Positions 20,016 through 30,889 are shown, numbered from the stretch's first letter. The stretch: DNA of 64,000 bases from Deltaproteobacteria bacterium (GCA_024102635.1 JAGFJO010000006.1:45909-109908); one strand, 5' to 3'. Translations and numbers: made by a program. Notes: generated from the sequence alone by a model not told the origin.

Positions 20016-20309
20016 ATGAAAAAAGCTAAGAAAAGCCCAAAGAAGCAGGTAGCCCGGGAATCTCTCGATGTAGAGAAACAGGTAGACAGCCGCGATCCGG
20101 ATGTCGAAGAGCATGTGCTTCCACTTCTTCAATCTATCGGCAATCTAAAACTAGAGCGAATCGATCTCTCTACCAGACAATCGGCTCTCAATACTATTCC
20201 CGCAATTAACGAGGTGCTGGAGAAGATCTCAGTCTATCAGAGAGCCGCTTCTACATTACGATCGCTCTTGGAAGAAAAGCGCGATTTCATCATCAAGAAC
20301 TCGCAGTAG
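20016..20309 (+). CDS. small basic hypothetical protein
   Basis: ORF only (MKKAKKSPKKQ...). Start chosen after the SURF1 stop. Confidence 0.3.
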   Translation: MKKAKKSPKKQVARESLDVEKQVDSRDPDVEEHVLPLLQSIGNLKLERIDLSTRQSALNTIPAINEVLEKISVYQRAASTLRSLLEEKRDFIIKNSQ

Positions 20310-20368
20310 CGGCCCCGGGTTCTGCCCATTTGCTAGTTCTCATGCTTCCCCTTTTTGAAAAATTCGAT

Positions 20369-21235
20369 TCACAAAGCAAATTCGCTCCCTGCTCCAGCCT
20401 TATAATCCGGATACTTCAGAGCTATGCCGAGCGAGTCTTTCATAAGCCGATTTGATACCCGTTGATTGGATAGAAGCGTGTACATGCCACGTTCGGCTGC
20501 CTGATCGTAGGTCATAGACGCGGGTCGAGTTAATGAGAATGTGTCGCAGTAGTAGGACACTACCTCACTTGTCAAAGCCGGACAGTCGTCAGCGACGCAT
20601 ATTTTACCGGGGAGCGGTTTCACGCGGATGGCTGCCGCGATCGCCGCTGCAAGATCATCGACCTGTATTCTGTTACTCCACCTGTCTCGGTCGGCTATCA
20701 TTCGATAGCTGCCGGTCCTTAAAGCAGTTCCTAAACCGCGCCCCGGGCCGTAGATGGCAGGAATGCGAAGAGCTATCGTTTCATATGGCGATGACGAATA
20801 CGCCTCTTCGCATTGCAATCTGGCCCGCCCCCAGGCGTGCCGGCAAAGCGCGGGCGTGTCTTCATTCACCCAAGAACCATCCTCCACGCCGAATACCCCT
20901 GTTGTACTTAGATAGATTACTCTTAACAGTTTTGACTTGGAGAAGGCCCGCAGAAGATTACGCACGCCACTGTCCGCTTCAGCTGTCTCAGTTCGCGGCG
21001 GAGGCACGCTATCCACCACGACCTCGATATCCGGGTAATCGTCAGCGATAGCTTGGAGCGATGCTAGAGAGGAGTTGTCAGCGACCGCCCCCGTCCATCC
21101 CGCGTTTGCAAAGCTATCGAGCTTTAATCTTTCCCGCGATGTGATGATAAAAGTGGATGGATCCAAAATAGCAGCCACGCGGCTAAGTGTGTAGCCTCCT
21201 CCAAGAAGCAGTACTGTCTTACGGCTAACCGTCAC
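20369..21235 (-). CDS. NAD-dependent epimerase/dehydratase (SDR family)
   Basis: N-terminal Rossmann segment VLLLGGGYTLSRVA. 288 aa. Confidence 0.65.
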   Translation of the reverse strand: MTVSRKTVLLLGGGYTLSRVAAILDPSTFIITSRERLKLDSFANAGWTGAVADNSSLASLQAIADDYPDIEVVVDSVPPPRTETAEADSGVRNLLRAFSKSKLLRVIYLSTTGVFGVEDGSWVNEDTPALCRHAWGRARLQCEEAYSSSPYETIALRIPAIYGPGRGLGTALRTGSYRMIADRDRWSNRIQVDDLAAAIAAAIRVKPLPGKICVADDCPALTSEVVSYYCDTFSLTRPASMTYDQAAERGMYTLLSNQRVSNRLMKDSLGIALKYPDYKAGAGSEFAL

Positions 21236-21297
21236 GTGAGCATTTCACCTTCATTATACAGATTACCGGACACGCTGTTCCTCGATTAATTCTCGGG

Positions 21298-21954
21298 CTA
21301 TGGAGCGAGGCGGCATATCTGCCACTGGGCCCCTTTAAGGGTATAAAGGAGGCGGTCATGAAGTCGATTGTCTCGGCCCTGCCAAAATTCATACTTATCC
21401 GGCAGTAAAATATACCCTCCCCAATAGTCAGGGCGGCGGATATCCGCCCCGGATCGAGCAAAGTAATCCTGCCACGCCCTCTCCAACACTGCCCGCGACT
21501 CGACTGCCTGGCTCTGCCTTGAAACCACCGCAGCAATCTGTGCTCCCGCCGGCCGGGTTTTAAAATAGCGGTCGCTTTCCTCTGCGCTCACTTTTCTAAC
21601 TGCTCCAGCTACACGCACCTGCCGCACCAGAACCGGCCAATAGAATAACGCCTCGGCACGCGGGTTAACATCCAGGTCACGGCCCTTCGCGCTGCCATAA
21701 TTGGTATAAAAGATCATACCCTCGCGCGAGTAATCCTTTAGCAGTACGGTGCGAACGCTCGGAATAGATTCCGATGCCGTTGCAAGAGCCATCGCATTCG
21801 GTTCTTCGGTTCCGCACTGAATAGCTTGGTTGAACCATATATCGAATAAATCGAATGGATCTGCAGCTGCGCTGCTTACATCCAGGGATTCCGCGCCATA
21901 TTCGCGCCGCAGCCGTTTCAATTTCCCGGATACGTCCTGGTCTTGATTCGCCAT
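21298..21954 (-). CDS. pdxH: pyridoxamine 5'-phosphate oxidase
   Basis: EPNAMALATA ... FYTNYGSAKG ... C-terminal WGGYILLPDKYEFWQGR. Start set at MANQDQD, 3 bp after the DAHP synthase stop. Confidence 0.85.
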   Translation of the reverse strand: MANQDQDVSGKLKRLRREYGAESLDVSSAAADPFDLFDIWFNQAIQCGTEEPNAMALATASESIPSVRTVLLKDYSREGMIFYTNYGSAKGRDLDVNPRAEALFYWPVLVRQVRVAGAVRKVSAEESDRYFKTRPAGAQIAAVVSRQSQAVESRAVLERAWQDYFARSGADIRRPDYWGGYILLPDKYEFWQGRDNRLHDRLLYTLKGAQWQICRLAP

Positions 21955-21956
21955 AA

Positions 21957-22967
21957 TTAAAAGCCGTCCCTCAGGGCAGCACATTGCCGTGCTCTATTTA
22001 CTAGCACCGAAGACTCCTCGAAGTTCAGAGTTTGATCAGCATCCGACAATGCATCTTCCGGAGCAGGGTGAACCTCATATATTACGCCATCCGCTCCCGC
22101 CATCACCGCTGCGAGCGACATCGGCTCGACGAATCTTCTAATGCCGATGCCGTGTGAAGGATCGACTATCACCGGCAGATGAGACTTCTCTTTTAGGACC
22201 GGCACCGAGTTGAGATCCAGTGTGTTTCGATATGCCTTTTCAAAAGTTCTAATACCTCTCTCGCAGAGAAGCAGAGCCTCATTGCCGTTGGAAAAAACGT
22301 ATTCTGCCGACTGCAGCAGCTCGTCCAGAGTTCCGGACATTCCACGCTTAATCATAACCGGCTTATCAATGCGGCCTAGCTCATGCAGTAGGTTGAAGTT
22401 TTGTGTATTGCGCGTCCCAACCTGATAGATGTCGACATAATCGTACATTGCTTCAATATCCGCAGTCGCAACCACTTCGGATATGACCTTCATCCCCGAA
22501 TCACGTGCAATGGCATGAAACATTTTAAGGCCCTCCAGTCCCAGGCCGCGGAAGGTGTAGGGAGATGTGCGCGGCTTAAAAGCGCCCCCTCGCATGATAC
22601 TAACTCCTGTTTCCTTCAGGTGAGCAGCAATGGATCGAACCTGCTCTTCGCTCTCAATTGAGCACGGTCCGGCAATGATTGTAAAACCTCCACCGGCGAT
22701 CTCGATGCCGTTGCCGAGCTTGACTGTGCTCGGAGACACCTTCCATTTTTTTGAAACCAGTTTGTAGGAATCGGATACTCGATGTACATCCTTTATGCCT
22801 GGAAGCGAGCCTATGGAGCGGATATCTATCTCGCTGCTCCCGATTGCTACCAGGTAGCGGCCGAACTGTGTTCGAACCTCCGAAGCGCTATACGAACCGG
22901 CAGAAAGTGCCTTACATATCGCTTCTATATCTGATGAGGTTGCCGATTCGGAAAGCGTTATGATCAC
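21957..22967 (-). CDS. 3-deoxy-7-phosphoheptulonate (DAHP) synthase, class I-beta with N-terminal regulatory domain
   Basis: IAGPCSIESEEQ ... GGAFKPRTSPYTFRGLG core. About 90 aa of N-terminal ACT/ferredoxin-like extension, as in the Thermotoga-type enzyme. Confidence 0.85.
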   Translation of the reverse strand: MIITLSESATSSDIEAICKALSAGSYSASEVRTQFGRYLVAIGSSEIDIRSIGSLPGIKDVHRVSDSYKLVSKKWKVSPSTVKLGNGIEIAGGGFTIIAGPCSIESEEQVRSIAAHLKETGVSIMRGGAFKPRTSPYTFRGLGLEGLKMFHAIARDSGMKVISEVVATADIEAMYDYVDIYQVGTRNTQNFNLLHELGRIDKPVMIKRGMSGTLDELLQSAEYVFSNGNEALLLCERGIRTFEKAYRNTLDLNSVPVLKEKSHLPVIVDPSHGIGIRRFVEPMSLAAVMAGADGVIYEVHPAPEDALSDADQTLNFEESSVLVNRARQCAALRDGF

Positions 22968-23749
22968 AGAACCACTCCTTTAATAAAATCGCGGGCCGAA
23001 GCAGCGGCGTCGCTCGAAGCATTAATTGCCCTTATGAAGGCACTGCCAATGATCACTCCACTGGCATACTTTCCGATCTCCAGGCAGTCCTCGCGGCTGG
23101 ACACCCCGAAGCCGACCAGTAGCGGATTCTTAAGTTTGAGTTGCGAAAGACGGAGAAGATATGCGCTTCTTTGCTGGTCCACGGCTAGACGTCCGCCGGT
23201 TATGGCAGAGGAAGAAACGGCATATATGAATCCCGTGCTGATTGAATCGATCCATCTAATACGCTCATCAGTCGTTTGTGGCGTTACTAAAAGGATATTG
23301 AGAATATTGAAGCTACGGAAAAAATGTTCAAACTCCCTAAGATACACTTCCGGGGGAAGGTCAGGGATAATAACGCCGTCAATGCCGGCCTCAGCCGCAT
23401 CACGGCAGAAGTTTTCGGCTCCATACTGAATTATCGGATTAACATAACCCATTAGGAGCGCCGGAATGTTAACTGCGGGCCTTAAGTCTTTAAGCTGCGC
23501 CATCAGTCTCTCTAAAGACATTCCGTTACGCAGAGCCTGCTCATTTGAGCCTTGAATCGTGGGGCCGTCAGCGACCGGATCCGAGAACGGAATCCCGATC
23601 TCTACCATATCCGCGCCCGCGCTCTGCATGGCTCCCACAAGCGGCACAGTATCGTTTAATGATGGATACCCCGCCGTGCAGTAAACGCTCAGAATGCCGC
23701 TGGGCTTCCGTTTAAAAAGTTCGGTTATACGATTATAGGATAAAGTCAT
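22964..23749 (-). CDS. trpA: tryptophan synthase alpha chain
   Basis: [40 protein letters not shown]. Start set at MTLSYN, 3 bp after the trpB stop. Confidence 0.9.
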   Translation of the reverse strand: MTLSYNRITELFKRKPSGILSVYCTAGYPSLNDTVPLVGAMQSAGADMVEIGIPFSDPVADGPTIQGSNEQALRNGMSLERLMAQLKDLRPAVNIPALLMGYVNPIIQYGAENFCRDAAEAGIDGVIIPDLPPEVYLREFEHFFRSFNILNILLVTPQTTDERIRWIDSISTGFIYAVSSSAITGGRLAVDQQRSAYLLRLSQLKLKNPLLVGFGVSSREDCLEIGKYASGVIIGSAFIRAINASSDAAASARDFIKGVVL

Positions 23750-24933
23750 CCAAGCCTCCCAAGATATTCCAGGTAGGTTTGCATATCCTTGTCGCCCCGT
23801 CCGGATACGCATACCACTACCGTTTCAGACCCCGAGAGTTCAAGTTTGGAAAGATGGGCCAGTGCATGCGCCGATTCGAGCGCCGGAATGATCCCTTCGA
23901 TCCTAGCCAGCAATAGGCCGGCTTTTAACGCCTCTTCATCTGTCACGTTCGCATACTGCACGCGCCTAACCTCGAATAGATGCGCGTGCTGTGGGCCGAT
24001 TCCGGGATAATCAAGCCCCGCTGAAATGGAATGTGCTTCTTCAATCTGCCCGTCCGCATCCTGCATGAGAAGGGTCATGCTGCCATGGAGCACTCCAGGC
24101 CGGCCAAGCGCGGTGGTGGCGGCCGAGTGGCCGCTGCTCACTCCCTGGCCCGCCGCTTCCACCCCGATAAGCCTCACCTCTGGTGCTTCAAGAAAATGGT
24201 AGAATGACCCTATTGCATTACTTCCGCCGCCTACGCACGCTACCACTAAGTCGGGTAGCTCCTTGCCTGTTTTATTTTGAAGCTGCTGTCTTATCTCTGC
24301 GCTTATTACAGACTGAAATCGGGCTACCATGTCCGGGTAAGGATGTGGTCCGACAACGGAGCCAATGATGTAATGAGTATTCTCAGGATTAGCGATCCAG
24401 TCCCTCAGAGCCTCGTTTGTAGCATCTTTCAATACCTTGCTGCCCGAAGTTACGGGAACTACTTTTGCCCCCAGCATCTTCATACGCTCGACGTTAGGCG
24501 CTTGGCGTTGAGTATCGAGTTCTCCCATATAGACCACACACTCCATTCCCAGCAGCGCGCACACCGTAGCAGTTGCAACCCCGTGCTGGCCCGCGCCGGT
24601 TTCGGCGATAATCCTCCTTAGCCCGAGACGCTTTGCCATTAGAATCTGGCCGATAGTGTTGTTGATTTTATGAGAGCCGGTATGGTTCAGATCTTCACGC
24701 TTAAGATAGACGGACGCGCCGTAGTGTTGTGAAAGCCGCGATGCGTAATACAATGGCGAGGGGCGGCCGGCATAGTCGCGCAGTAAGGTATCAAACTCCT
24801 CTTGAAACGAAGGAGACTCTAGAATCTTAAGGTAGCTTTCACTCAGCCTTTTGATATTAGGGTACAACATCTCCGGGATATATGCTCCGCCGAAGCGCCC
24901 ATAGAATCCGTTACGATCCGGAAAATAACTCAT
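23746..24933 (-). CDS. trpB: tryptophan synthase beta chain
   Basis: PLP-lysine motif HTGSHKINN. 395 aa. Confidence 0.95.
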   Translation of the reverse strand: MSYFPDRNGFYGRFGGAYIPEMLYPNIKRLSESYLKILESPSFQEEFDTLLRDYAGRPSPLYYASRLSQHYGASVYLKREDLNHTGSHKINNTIGQILMAKRLGLRRIIAETGAGQHGVATATVCALLGMECVVYMGELDTQRQAPNVERMKMLGAKVVPVTSGSKVLKDATNEALRDWIANPENTHYIIGSVVGPHPYPDMVARFQSVISAEIRQQLQNKTGKELPDLVVACVGGGSNAIGSFYHFLEAPEVRLIGVEAAGQGVSSGHSAATTALGRPGVLHGSMTLLMQDADGQIEEAHSISAGLDYPGIGPQHAHLFEVRRVQYANVTDEEALKAGLLLARIEGIIPALESAHALAHLSKLELSGSETVVVCVSGRGDKDMQTYLEYLGRLG

Positions 24934-25577
24934 CTCCTTACCGCCTCAATGATTCGCGATACCAATTCCGGCGACTTAACGCCCGGAACCTTCTCGGCCT
25001 TGCTATTTATATCCACGGCTATAAGAGAAGCCGCCTTTCTCTTGAAACGCAGAGCCTCCGAAATGTTCCCGGATCCGATGCCGCCTGCCAAAATGAAGGG
25101 GCGCGGATCGTTATACCGCGAGATCAGTCCCCAATCAAAACTTCGACCGCTGCCGCCGAACCCGCTTAAAGGTGAGTCAAATAGAAATGTCTCGGTGACA
25201 TCGCTATATAAGCTGATGCTCTGGAGATCGAAATCCGGGCCTACCGAGAATGCTTTCCATATTTCAATGTCCGGCAGGGCCTCTTTTAATTGTTCGCAGT
25301 AAGCGGGCTCTTCGCTGCCGTGCAGCTGCACCGCATGCAGATTGGCGTCGTCGACCGCTCGCCGCACAACGTCAAGCTCATGATTAACGAATACGCCGAC
25401 TCTGCGGCAGACGCCCCAATTAAACTTATCTTCAGAAAGCTTGAAACCGTCCCCGACATAACGCTTGGAAGGCCGGTAAAAAATAAAGCCCATAAAATCG
25501 GGTGAGAGCTGCAGAATCTCTTCTATATTATCCCGCTCTCTCATGCCGCAAACTTTGATCTTAAGCCCAGGGTCCAT
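24930..25577 (-). CDS. trpF: phosphoribosylanthranilate isomerase
   Basis: [13 protein letters not shown] start and TIM-barrel PRAI motifs. Confidence 0.85.
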   Translation of the reverse strand: MDPGLKIKVCGMRERDNIEEILQLSPDFMGFIFYRPSKRYVGDGFKLSEDKFNWGVCRRVGVFVNHELDVVRRAVDDANLHAVQLHGSEEPAYCEQLKEALPDIEIWKAFSVGPDFDLQSISLYSDVTETFLFDSPLSGFGGSGRSFDWGLISRYNDPRPFILAGGIGSGNISEALRFKRKAASLIAVDINSKAEKVPGVKSPELVSRIIEAVRR

Positions 25578-25619
25578 ACTGAAAACAAATTCACTATAGT
25601 GAAAGATATGCGTCCAACT

Positions 25620-26432
25620 CTAATTTCCTCCGGCCCTTAGCGTGTCTTTTAAAATCTCGGAAATCAGCCGCGCGCATGCGCGCTCCGGGTGAGCAGTCTT
25701 CATAAAGCTCTCGCCTATCAAGAACCCGTGATAGCCGGCCCTTTTCAGATCTAGAATCGTCTTAGCATCGCTGATTCCCGATTCCGAGACTTTGCATATT
25801 GATGACGGAAGAAGAGGGGCGATCTCGAAGGAAAGCTCTACCCTGGTCTGCAGTGTATCGAGATCACGATTATTTACCCCAACCAGGTCAGCTTCCGGGA
25901 AGAGTTTATTGTCAATCTCCTCTCGTGAATGCACCTCAAGTAGCACCTCCATCCCGAGCTGCTTTGCTGTACGGGCCAGCTGCACAGCTTTTTCCCGCTC
26001 TAGAATGCGGGCAATGAGAAGAACCGCATCAGCGCCGATAGATTTTGCCTCTATAATCTGATACTCATCGATGACAAAATCCTTTCGAAGTATAGGGCAA
26101 AAGTTAAATTTGCGGGCAGTCGTCAGATCTGCTTTGCTGCCTCCGAAATAGGCATTGTCTGTCAGAACCGATAGCGCTGACGCCCCAGCCTGCATGTATC
26201 CGATAGAGAGAGCCTCGACGTTGACCGATCTTTTCATAACTCCGCGCGAGGGAGATTTACGCTTTATCTCGGCTATCACCCCGCACTTGTCTTCGCGCCT
26301 TAAATACTCCTTTAGGGACACCGGTCTTGTATCAAAGTAAATGCTCTTCTCGAGCAGCTTCACGGGATAAAGCTCTTTAGAGGCGCTTACCTCGCGTTTT
26401 TTGTCGGCAACTATTTTCTCTAAAATATTCAT
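25620..26432 (-). CDS. trpC: indole-3-glycerol phosphate synthase
   Basis: NILEKIVADKKREV N-terminus and the IGPS barrel. Confidence 0.9.
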   Translation of the reverse strand: MNILEKIVADKKREVSASKELYPVKLLEKSIYFDTRPVSLKEYLRREDKCGVIAEIKRKSPSRGVMKRSVNVEALSIGYMQAGASALSVLTDNAYFGGSKADLTTARKFNFCPILRKDFVIDEYQIIEAKSIGADAVLLIARILEREKAVQLARTAKQLGMEVLLEVHSREEIDNKLFPEADLVGVNNRDLDTLQTRVELSFEIAPLLPSSICKVSESGISDAKTILDLKRAGYHGFLIGESFMKTAHPERACARLISEILKDTLRAGGN

Positions 26433-26461
26433 CAGCTATTCCGTCTTACTCCAATGATTCG

Positions 26462-27466
26462 CTATTGATGCTGCAAAAACTTCGCAAAGAGAGCGGCTGT
26501 CCGCCCCGAAACCAGTGCCTCTTTGCACTCTTCAATACATAGGGATAACTCTGCGGTTCCGCTGTTGGCGAACCGCGCTGCGTGCAGTGCAAATGCTGCA
26601 TTTGCGGTCACTACGGAGTTTTGCGCCGCGGTCCCCCGTCCTTGTAAAACATCAGTAAAGATCCGTGCGCTCCCTTCGATATCCGGCCCGGACTTCAATT
26701 CATCTTCACCAAGCCGGGCAAATTCTAACTGTTCGGGTTGGTATACGGTTTCCCCCTCCGGCGTTAAGACTTTGAATGCCGAGGTAAGTGAGATTTCGTC
26801 ATAGCCGTCTAACGAATGTATGATAGTGAGCCTCTTGCCGATTTCGGGTGCTGCATAAGAATAGAGCCGCATGATCTCTAAGTTATACACGCCGCAGAGC
26901 TGCACTCGGGGAGAGGCGGGGTTGGCTAGAGGACCTAGCAGATTAAAGAAGGTCTTTACTCCCAACTCCTTTCGCACCGGAGCAATCGCCTTCATGCTCG
27001 GATGGAACAGCGGCGCATGCATGAAACATATCCCACATTCTTGAAGCTGGCGTTTTATAGCCGCCGGATCGGCGGTAAAGCGCACCCCCAGTTTTTCTAA
27101 TACGTTTGAAGAACCGCATGACGAAGAAACGGCATAGTTTCCGTGCTTTGCAACCGGCACACCGCAAGCCGCAACCACAAGCGCCGCCAAAGTCGAAATA
27201 TTGAAACTGCTCTTGCCATCACCCCCTGTTCCGCAGAGATCAATCGCACCGATATCCCCTAGATCGACACGGACGGCGCGTTCCATCATTGCATCCCTGA
27301 AGCCGACAAGCTCTGCAACAGCGAGCGGACGCATACGAAAAACCGCTAAAAATGCTGCGGCCTGCGCCGCACTGAGGCTTCCCTGAAAAAGATTTGCAAG
27401 CGCCTCGCGCGCCTCCTCCCTTGAAAGAGTTTGATGTGCAAAGAGCCGCTCAAGCAGATCACGCAT
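26462..27466 (-). CDS. trpD: anthranilate phosphoribosyltransferase
   Basis: CGTGGDGKSSFNISTLAALVVAACGVPVAKHGN. Confidence 0.9.
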   Translation of the reverse strand: MRDLLERLFAHQTLSREEAREALANLFQGSLSAAQAAAFLAVFRMRPLAVAELVGFRDAMMERAVRVDLGDIGAIDLCGTGGDGKSSFNISTLAALVVAACGVPVAKHGNYAVSSSCGSSNVLEKLGVRFTADPAAIKRQLQECGICFMHAPLFHPSMKAIAPVRKELGVKTFFNLLGPLANPASPRVQLCGVYNLEIMRLYSYAAPEIGKRLTIIHSLDGYDEISLTSAFKVLTPEGETVYQPEQLEFARLGEDELKSGPDIEGSARIFTDVLQGRGTAAQNSVVTANAAFALHAARFANSGTAELSLCIEECKEALVSGRTAALFAKFLQHQ

Positions 27467-28049
27467 ATCGTCCCCTTACGTGTTTAACCCAATTATGGAT
27501 AATCTTTGGGCCGTCCGGTGTCATTACCGACTCCGGATGGAACTGAAGCCCTTTAATATCCAGTTGAGTGTGACTTAGTGCCATTATCCGGCCATGCTCA
27601 TCGGCCGCCGTAATACGAAGACACTCCGGAAAATTATCCCGTGATACCAGCCAGGAATGATACCGGCCAACATCTATAGTCTGCGGAATACTATCGAAAA
27701 GATAGTCTAAGGGATCATCAATGGCAGCCTTAGATGTTTTGCCGTGCATCGGAACCTGCATATTCTCCAGGTTTGCTCCGAATATCTCGCCGATACACTG
27801 GTGTCCCAAGCATATCCCCAGGATCGGCAATTGCGAGGAATAGCGCCTCACTAAATCGGGCATTAACCCGGCCTCAAGAGGGATGCCGGGTCCGGGTGAC
27901 AGCAGAACGGCGCTGTAATCTCTCCCGACACGATCCAGATCCACTTTATCATTACGCAAAACTTCATGACGGCACTGCAGCTGTTCGAGCAGGTGCGCCA
28001 GATTGAAAGTAAAGGAGTCGTAGTTGTCGAGCAGCAATACCGGTTTCAT
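27459..28049 (-). CDS. trpG: anthranilate synthase component II (glutamine amidotransferase)
   Basis: LLLDNYDSFTFNL start and a class I GATase Cys-His context. Confidence 0.9.
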   Translation of the reverse strand: MKPVLLLDNYDSFTFNLAHLLEQLQCRHEVLRNDKVDLDRVGRDYSAVLLSPGPGIPLEAGLMPDLVRRYSSQLPILGICLGHQCIGEIFGANLENMQVPMHGKTSKAAIDDPLDYLFDSIPQTIDVGRYHSWLVSRDNFPECLRITAADEHGRIMALSHTQLDIKGLQFHPESVMTPDGPKIIHNWVKHVRGRYA

Positions 28050-29482
28050 CTCGTCTCTCCAGCAGCAAGCTCGATTGCGCGCCGCAGCGCTCCCAGCTTA
28101 TTTCGCACCTCGGCCACTTCCTTGGCAGGCTCAGAGTCGTACACCACTCCGGCGCCGGCCTGGTAATGCAAACAGTTGTCTTTCGCCAAGAAGGAGCGAA
28201 TCATAATGGCCTGATTGCAGTCACCGTTTATACCGATGTACCCGATCGTCCCGCCATAATATCCGCGATTGCCCCGTTCGAAACCATCGATAAGCTGCAT
28301 GGCCCTATACTTAGGAGCACCGCTTAGGGTGCCGGCGGGAAAAGTGCCGCCTAAGATCTCGATAGCCGATGTTCCATCTCTCAGCTCTCCGCTCACCTTG
28401 GAAACAAGATGTATTACGTGGGAATAAAACTGAACCTCTTTGTAAGTCTCTACCGTAACATTGCGGCAGTGCTTGCTAAGGTCGTTGCGCGCAAGATCTA
28501 CCAGCATAACATGTTCGGCATTCTCCTTTGGATCCTCCTTCAAGGCATTCGCCAGCTCCTGATCATCCGATCGATCGGCGCTGCGCGCATAAGTTCCGGC
28601 AATCGGATAAATAGAAGCCTTGCCTCCCTTTATTTGAAGCTGTGCTTCAGGGGACGAGCCAAAGATTCGGAAACTGCCGTAGTCAAAGTAAAATAGATAA
28701 GGAGAAGGGTTGATAGATCGTAAGGTGCGGTAGACGTTAAAATCGTCCCCTCGATAGGGTTGAGAGAACCGGCGTGAAGTAACTATCTGAAACACATCCC
28801 CTCGAAGGATGTGGCGCTTGCAGGCTACTATCACTTCAGAGTGCGAGTGGTCATCGAAATTAGATGTTTCAGCTCCGCCTAGGGTAAACGGCGTACGCCC
28901 CGGGTCACTAAGCGCAATCAAGGAAAAAAGCCGCTCGCACTCCGCGCGCCGCCGGGATTCCGGTTCATTGCACTCCGAACTAGTCATTATGAACATTTCG
29001 TTCTTGAAATGATCGATGGCAACCACATTGCGGTAGAAACCGTAAATCAAGTCGGGAATCTCCCGTGCGGGCTCCCGCGCTGCTTCAAAGGTAATTTCCT
29101 CGAAATACTGAATAGCATCGTATGCCATGTAGCCGAAGAAACCGCTGAGCAGCGGCTTCTCTCCCGATGTGTTCTCTATAGAGATGCTGCCGAAAAACTC
29201 TCTCAGCAGTTCACCTATACGCCCTCGCGAGCATTGCTCCCTACGAAAGACTTTCTCACTTGGATACTCGACCGAGAACTGGTCCTGCGACGCGGCAGCA
29301 AGGACCAGAGGATTGAAGCAAAGAAAAGAGAAACTATTCTCCGATCCCCTGTAATCGGCGCTCTCAAGAAGAAGGGTATTAGGATAAATGTTACGAAGCT
29401 GAAGATAAGCGCCAACCGGGGTAATAGTATCAGCGTTAAAGCGGCTGACATGTGTGCTGACCTTTAGCTTTTCAATAATCAT
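28046..29482 (-). CDS. trpE: anthranilate synthase component I
   Basis: 478-aa chorismate-binding enzyme. It heads the trp operon and overlaps trpG by 4 nt. Confidence 0.9.
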   Translation of the reverse strand: MIIEKLKVSTHVSRFNADTITPVGAYLQLRNIYPNTLLLESADYRGSENSFSFLCFNPLVLAAASQDQFSVEYPSEKVFRREQCSRGRIGELLREFFGSISIENTSGEKPLLSGFFGYMAYDAIQYFEEITFEAAREPAREIPDLIYGFYRNVVAIDHFKNEMFIMTSSECNEPESRRRAECERLFSLIALSDPGRTPFTLGGAETSNFDDHSHSEVIVACKRHILRGDVFQIVTSRRFSQPYRGDDFNVYRTLRSINPSPYLFYFDYGSFRIFGSSPEAQLQIKGGKASIYPIAGTYARSADRSDDQELANALKEDPKENAEHVMLVDLARNDLSKHCRNVTVETYKEVQFYSHVIHLVSKVSGELRDGTSAIEILGGTFPAGTLSGAPKYRAMQLIDGFERGNRGYYGGTIGYIGINGDCNQAIMIRSFLAKDNCLHYQAGAGVVYDSEPAKEVAEVRNKLGALRRAIELAAGETR

Positions 29483-29562
29483 GGCGTGGCCATTTTGTAC
29501 TATAGTGGAGAGCTAATTTAAACGAGTGAAGAGAGTTTAGGGAGAGAGGACAATATAAGGGC

Positions 29563-29640
29563 CTACGCCCAGATGGAACGCCAGCAGCGAGATAAAGCGC
29601 CAGCATGAATCAAAAGAGTCTTGCTAATAAGACCAATCAT
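29563..29640 (-). CDS. candidate trp leader peptide (25 aa, MIGLISKTLLIHAGALSRCWRSIWA)
   Basis: Small minus-strand ORF about 80 nt upstream of trpE with two Trp codons in its last five codons. No convincing terminator/antiterminator pair was identified. Confidence 0.2.
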   Translation of the reverse strand: MIGLISKTLLIHAGALSRCWRSIWA

Positions 29641-29884
29641 ATAAATAGACTACACGCTTACACTTTTGAAGTCAAAATGATGTTGCAAAACGCCTTCCCC
29701 TTAACCGGCGGCCTAAAGGGGCCCGACTTCGTTTCCGATAGTAACTGAGAAGCGTCTTCTGGACTGCTAGAGCCTATCCCGGAACGGCCCTCCATGGCTA
29801 TCTCGGCGAACGCTCCAAGCTTTGCGCGCGCGACGGGTCGCTTCATTCCGGCCGCAATCGGCCGGCTAATAATGGAGAGCATGA

Positions 29885-30364
29885 ATGGCTTGTTATCAAT
29901 GCGGTTCGCCTGAAGGAAATGAGGCTAGGCTATGTCCGGCGTGCACCGAGAAGCGGCTTGCTCAGAAGCGGCAAGACCGCGAAGCCGAGATGCGGCCGCG
30001 GCGTCCCGACACCTATGAGCCCGAGCTTCCTCCTGAACCTTATTCCCTCACTCAACGCGCGTTATTTGCCGGCGGCTCCTCGCTTTTTGCCGGGGCCGTT
30101 GTCTGGCTTTTCTTTTTTTCTGTTTACGGTCCCGGTTGGGGAATGTCACGCGCGGAGCATGCTTATAAAAAGTGCCTTCACGCCGTATCGGGCATGAACG
30201 CGGCTCCCAAAGACTCAGGAAATGAGGAGGTAGATAAAGCCTTCGCTGCGTTCGGAGAGTCTTTGATGCAGGGGCTAGGCACTGCAGTATGTGAAGGTTT
30301 GCGCGACGAATGCAGCAAGAACCCGGACGGAGAAGCGTGCAGCGCTATTGCACGCGCACTGTGA
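29885..30364 (+). CDS. zinc-ribbon membrane protein, hypothetical
   Basis: N-terminal CxxC...CxxC (CYQCGSPEGNEARLCPAC), one central TM, and a Cys-containing C-terminal domain. Confidence 0.4.
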   Translation: MACYQCGSPEGNEARLCPACTEKRLAQKRQDREAEMRPRRPDTYEPELPPEPYSLTQRALFAGGSSLFAGAVVWLFFFSVYGPGWGMSRAEHAYKKCLHAVSGMNAAPKDSGNEEVDKAFAAFGESLMQGLGTAVCEGLRDECSKNPDGEACSAIARAL

Positions 30365-30416
30365 AGTGAAGATTTCTCGCCCGCTTATCTCACCGGCTAA
30401 CGTCTAAGCGGATTGC

Positions 30417-30782
30417 TCACTGCTTATTGCCGTTATTCTTCTGGCCCTGCTTACCGGCTCCTTTATTGCCGTTGCCTTTTTCACCGGACTTTTTTCCTTT
30501 TCCGCCATTAGGCTTTGCCGCGTCCTTATCCTTGGGCTTTTTAGCCTTCTCCTCTTTCTGGCCTTTCTCTCCGGCAGGCTTTTCGCAACTGGACTTGCAT
30601 TTTGCTTTGACACACTTATTCACGCAATCAGGTGAGTCCGATTCGGTGCCTTCGCATTCTGAAGCGCACACCGATTTATGATCCTTGCGGCAGAACTCAC
30701 ACTCCTCGGATTTAGCCAGGACCGACGATGGAATCAGCATAAGAAGTAAAAGCAGGAGAAACGGGGCGGCTTTATTGATCAT
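30417..30782 (-). CDS. secreted small cysteine-rich protein with Lys/Gly-rich low-complexity tail
   Basis: Signal peptide (LLLLLLMLIPSSVLA|K). Twelve Cys occur in CxxC / Cx3C / Cx4C spacings within about 50 aa, followed by about 50 aa of K/G/N/E-rich disordered tail. Confidence 0.5.
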   Translation of the reverse strand: MINKAAPFLLLLLLMLIPSSVLAKSEECEFCRKDHKSVCASECEGTESDSPDCVNKCVKAKCKSSCEKPAGEKGQKEEKAKKPKDKDAAKPNGGKGKKSGEKGNGNKGAGKQGQKNNGNKQ

Positions 30783-30889
30783 AAAAATTCCTTTTAAGGC
30801 GTCATTGCTCTGAGAATCATCAAATCTTACAGTATTTTATAAAATTTTTTTTCAAATCAAGCAAATCCCTGCCGATTAGTACTAATGAG

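Noticed and set aside
29658-29882. 74-aa minus-strand ORF upstream of trpE
   Set aside because: Gly/Ser/Pro-rich with no features. It lies in the trpE-divergent intergenic region, where the short Trp-containing leader ORF is a more economical explanation.
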